From: Marsupella aquatica
Taxonomy: Eukaryota; Plantae; Marchantiophyta
Length of the DNA: 64,000 bases
Direction: 5' to 3'
NCBI GenBank assembly: GCA_973895155.1
Contig: OZ316891.1
Coordinates: 8,185,875-8,249,874, forward strand
Shown one piece after another: positions 62,101-64,000 of the stretch. Under the pieces are notes generated by a model that was given only the letters and a program-made list of their open reading frames with translations, was not told the DNA's origin and searched no databases. The position numbers and the translations under genes are program-made. The number at the start of each line of letters is the position of its first letter. Within the stretch, counting starts at the first letter, position 1.

Positions 62101-64000
62101 AATACGTTCCAAATTCCCCGAAACTGTATTCACCGTCGTTATCCGATCGAAGATATCTCACTTTTTTACCAGTCTGATTCTCAACTTTGGCTTTCCACTC
62201 CTTAAAAGTGGCAAAAACATCAGACTTATTGTGTAGAAAGTATATCCACACATACCTTGAGTAATCGTTAATGAATGTGACATAGTATAACCGTCTAGAA
62301 TGTGAGGGAGTAGGGGCTGGACCCCACACATCACTATGTACATACTCAAGTACCTCCTTGCTGGTGTGAGTTCCAACTCCGAAGGATTTCCCGTGCTGCG
62401 TCCCTAGCACACAGTGCTCACAAAATTCCAACTTACAAGATAGCAAATTATAAAGTAAACCTTTTTTCTGAAGAATAGCCAAACCTTTTTCATTCATGTG
62501 GCCCAAACGGAAGTGCCACAGCCGGGCCGTCTCCTCATGAGATAAGGTTATATTGGCTTCATCACAAACTACACTGCCCTCCAAAATGTATAGATTGCTA
62601 TGTCTCTTTCCCTTCAATACAACTTTGGTACCAGTTGAAACCTGAAGGACACCATTAGCAGAACTCCATTGATGGCCATTTGCTTTTAAAGCTCCAAGTG
62701 AAATGAGATTTTTCATCATGCTGGGAATATGTCTCACATTCCTCACCGTTCTTACAACACCATCAAACATCTAAAATCTAACAGATCCAAGTCCAACAAC
62801 TTGACATGGGATTCCATTTCCCATCAACACTGACCCGTTGGAAACCGTGTAAGAACTGAAACAATCTCTCCTAGAGCAAATGTGAAAAGTACATGCACTC
62901 TCTAGAATCCAGTCATCACTACCTGGATTTGACACTATGTTGAGAGCATAACCTTGACATCACAATATGTCATCATCATCGAGTAAATCTACCTCATGCG
63001 AGCTCGATGCCGCGTTAGCAGAGGCAGTAGGGACCTTTACTCGACAATCCCTTTTCATGTGGCCAGGCTTGCCACAATTCCAACATGCAAGAGGCTTCCT
63101 CTCTTGCAATTTCCCTCTGGATTTAGATCTCCCCCGTGATGTAGATCTAAACCTGTTCTGCCCGTTCGTGCGCTGCGCTGCTCTTCCCCTGTTCACATTG
63201 AGCGTAGTGCCAAAAGAAGATGTTGTTTGTGATTGACCCAGCTTCTTCTGAGCATCATCAGACAATAAAGAGCTCACCGCCTCATTATACAAAATGGACT
63301 TCAGATCTCTGTACAAGAGCACCTATTTCAAGCCCTGATATGACGGCGGTAAGGAGCTTAGCAGAAGCAAGGCCTTATCCTCATCTTCAACTCCTTTTCC
63401 CAGGTTTGACAGATCCACCGCTAGACTGTCAAATTCATCCAGGTGATCCTGCATCTTGCTCCCTTCCTTGAGCCTGAGGCTCATCAAGAGAGACTTCTTG
63501 TACAACCGATCTGACGCATCTTCTCGGTAGTACTTCTCTCTAAGAGCCTTGAACAGTGACGCGCAATCCACATAATCATCCAGCTGCTTGATGATGTGCG
63601 GCTTAAGATATAGCATCACTGCATTGACAACAATCACCTGCTCCTGTCTCCACTGTCTCACAGATATCTCCTCCTCTCCATCATATTGCTCTCGCAAAGA
63701 AAGCAGATGAGCTAAGCCCATGGCCCGAAGAACACCCTTTACTTGCTTCTCCCAGAGCAAGTAATCAGTACGACCATCGTACTTCTCCACCTCAAACTTC
63801 ACTCCTCCAAATCTAGCCATCTCCCTCTTCTTCCCTAGTACCGACAGTTCTGGTAGTAGTACAACTTCCTCCACTGCACGCCGCACCGGTGATCATACCG
63901 GTGTTACAAGTTCTTCCTCAAACGGTAGCAGCTCCTCCTCAGACTCTCCGTCTGATCATCGCGATCCTAAAGCTCCACCGATGCCAATTCTTCCAGTATC
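59191..64000 (-). mobile_element. Ty1/copia LTR retrotransposon (copia-3); 5' end lies outside the window
   Basis: 3' LTR at 59191-59534 (TG...CA) with adjacent PPT; gag-PR-INT-RT-RH on the minus strand. Confidence 0.93.
59742..63820 (-). pseudogene. Copia-3 gag-pol with stops and a frameshift
   Basis: Motifs MARFGGVKFEVEKYDG, CWNCGKPGHMKRDC, WILESAC, HSDVWGP, PQQNGVSER, IYVDDM and KHIDIWYHF. Confidence 0.92.

Overview
Eukaryotic land-plant nuclear DNA; a non-seed plant such as a bryophyte is suspected but unverified. The window is transposon-rich. Its non-TE genes are a 3-exon, 485-aa S-adenosylhomocysteine hydrolase, a tRNA-Arg(UCU), and three intronless aldo-keto reductases in tandem that look like ascomycete pyridoxal reductases (probable fungus-to-plant transfer; copy 3 is frameshifted). 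The left half is a three-level nest: a Ty1/copia element (6497-28099, TSD CTGGA) contains an unclassified non-autonomous TIR element (9904-25153), which contains a complete 9.9-kb CACTA transposon (13544-23429, TSD AAT). The most notable feature is a SET-domain (lysine methyltransferase-like) exon inside the CACTA. It lies between the transposase's first coding exon and its catalytic exons, with splice phases that would let exon 1 join either SET or transposase. The right half holds two more copia elements sharing an in-frame UGA at the gag-pol junction, a pogo/Tigger remnant, a MITE, a retroposed insert and an organelle-type tRNA-Gly relic. Family assignments come from motif recognition by eye, not from database searches.
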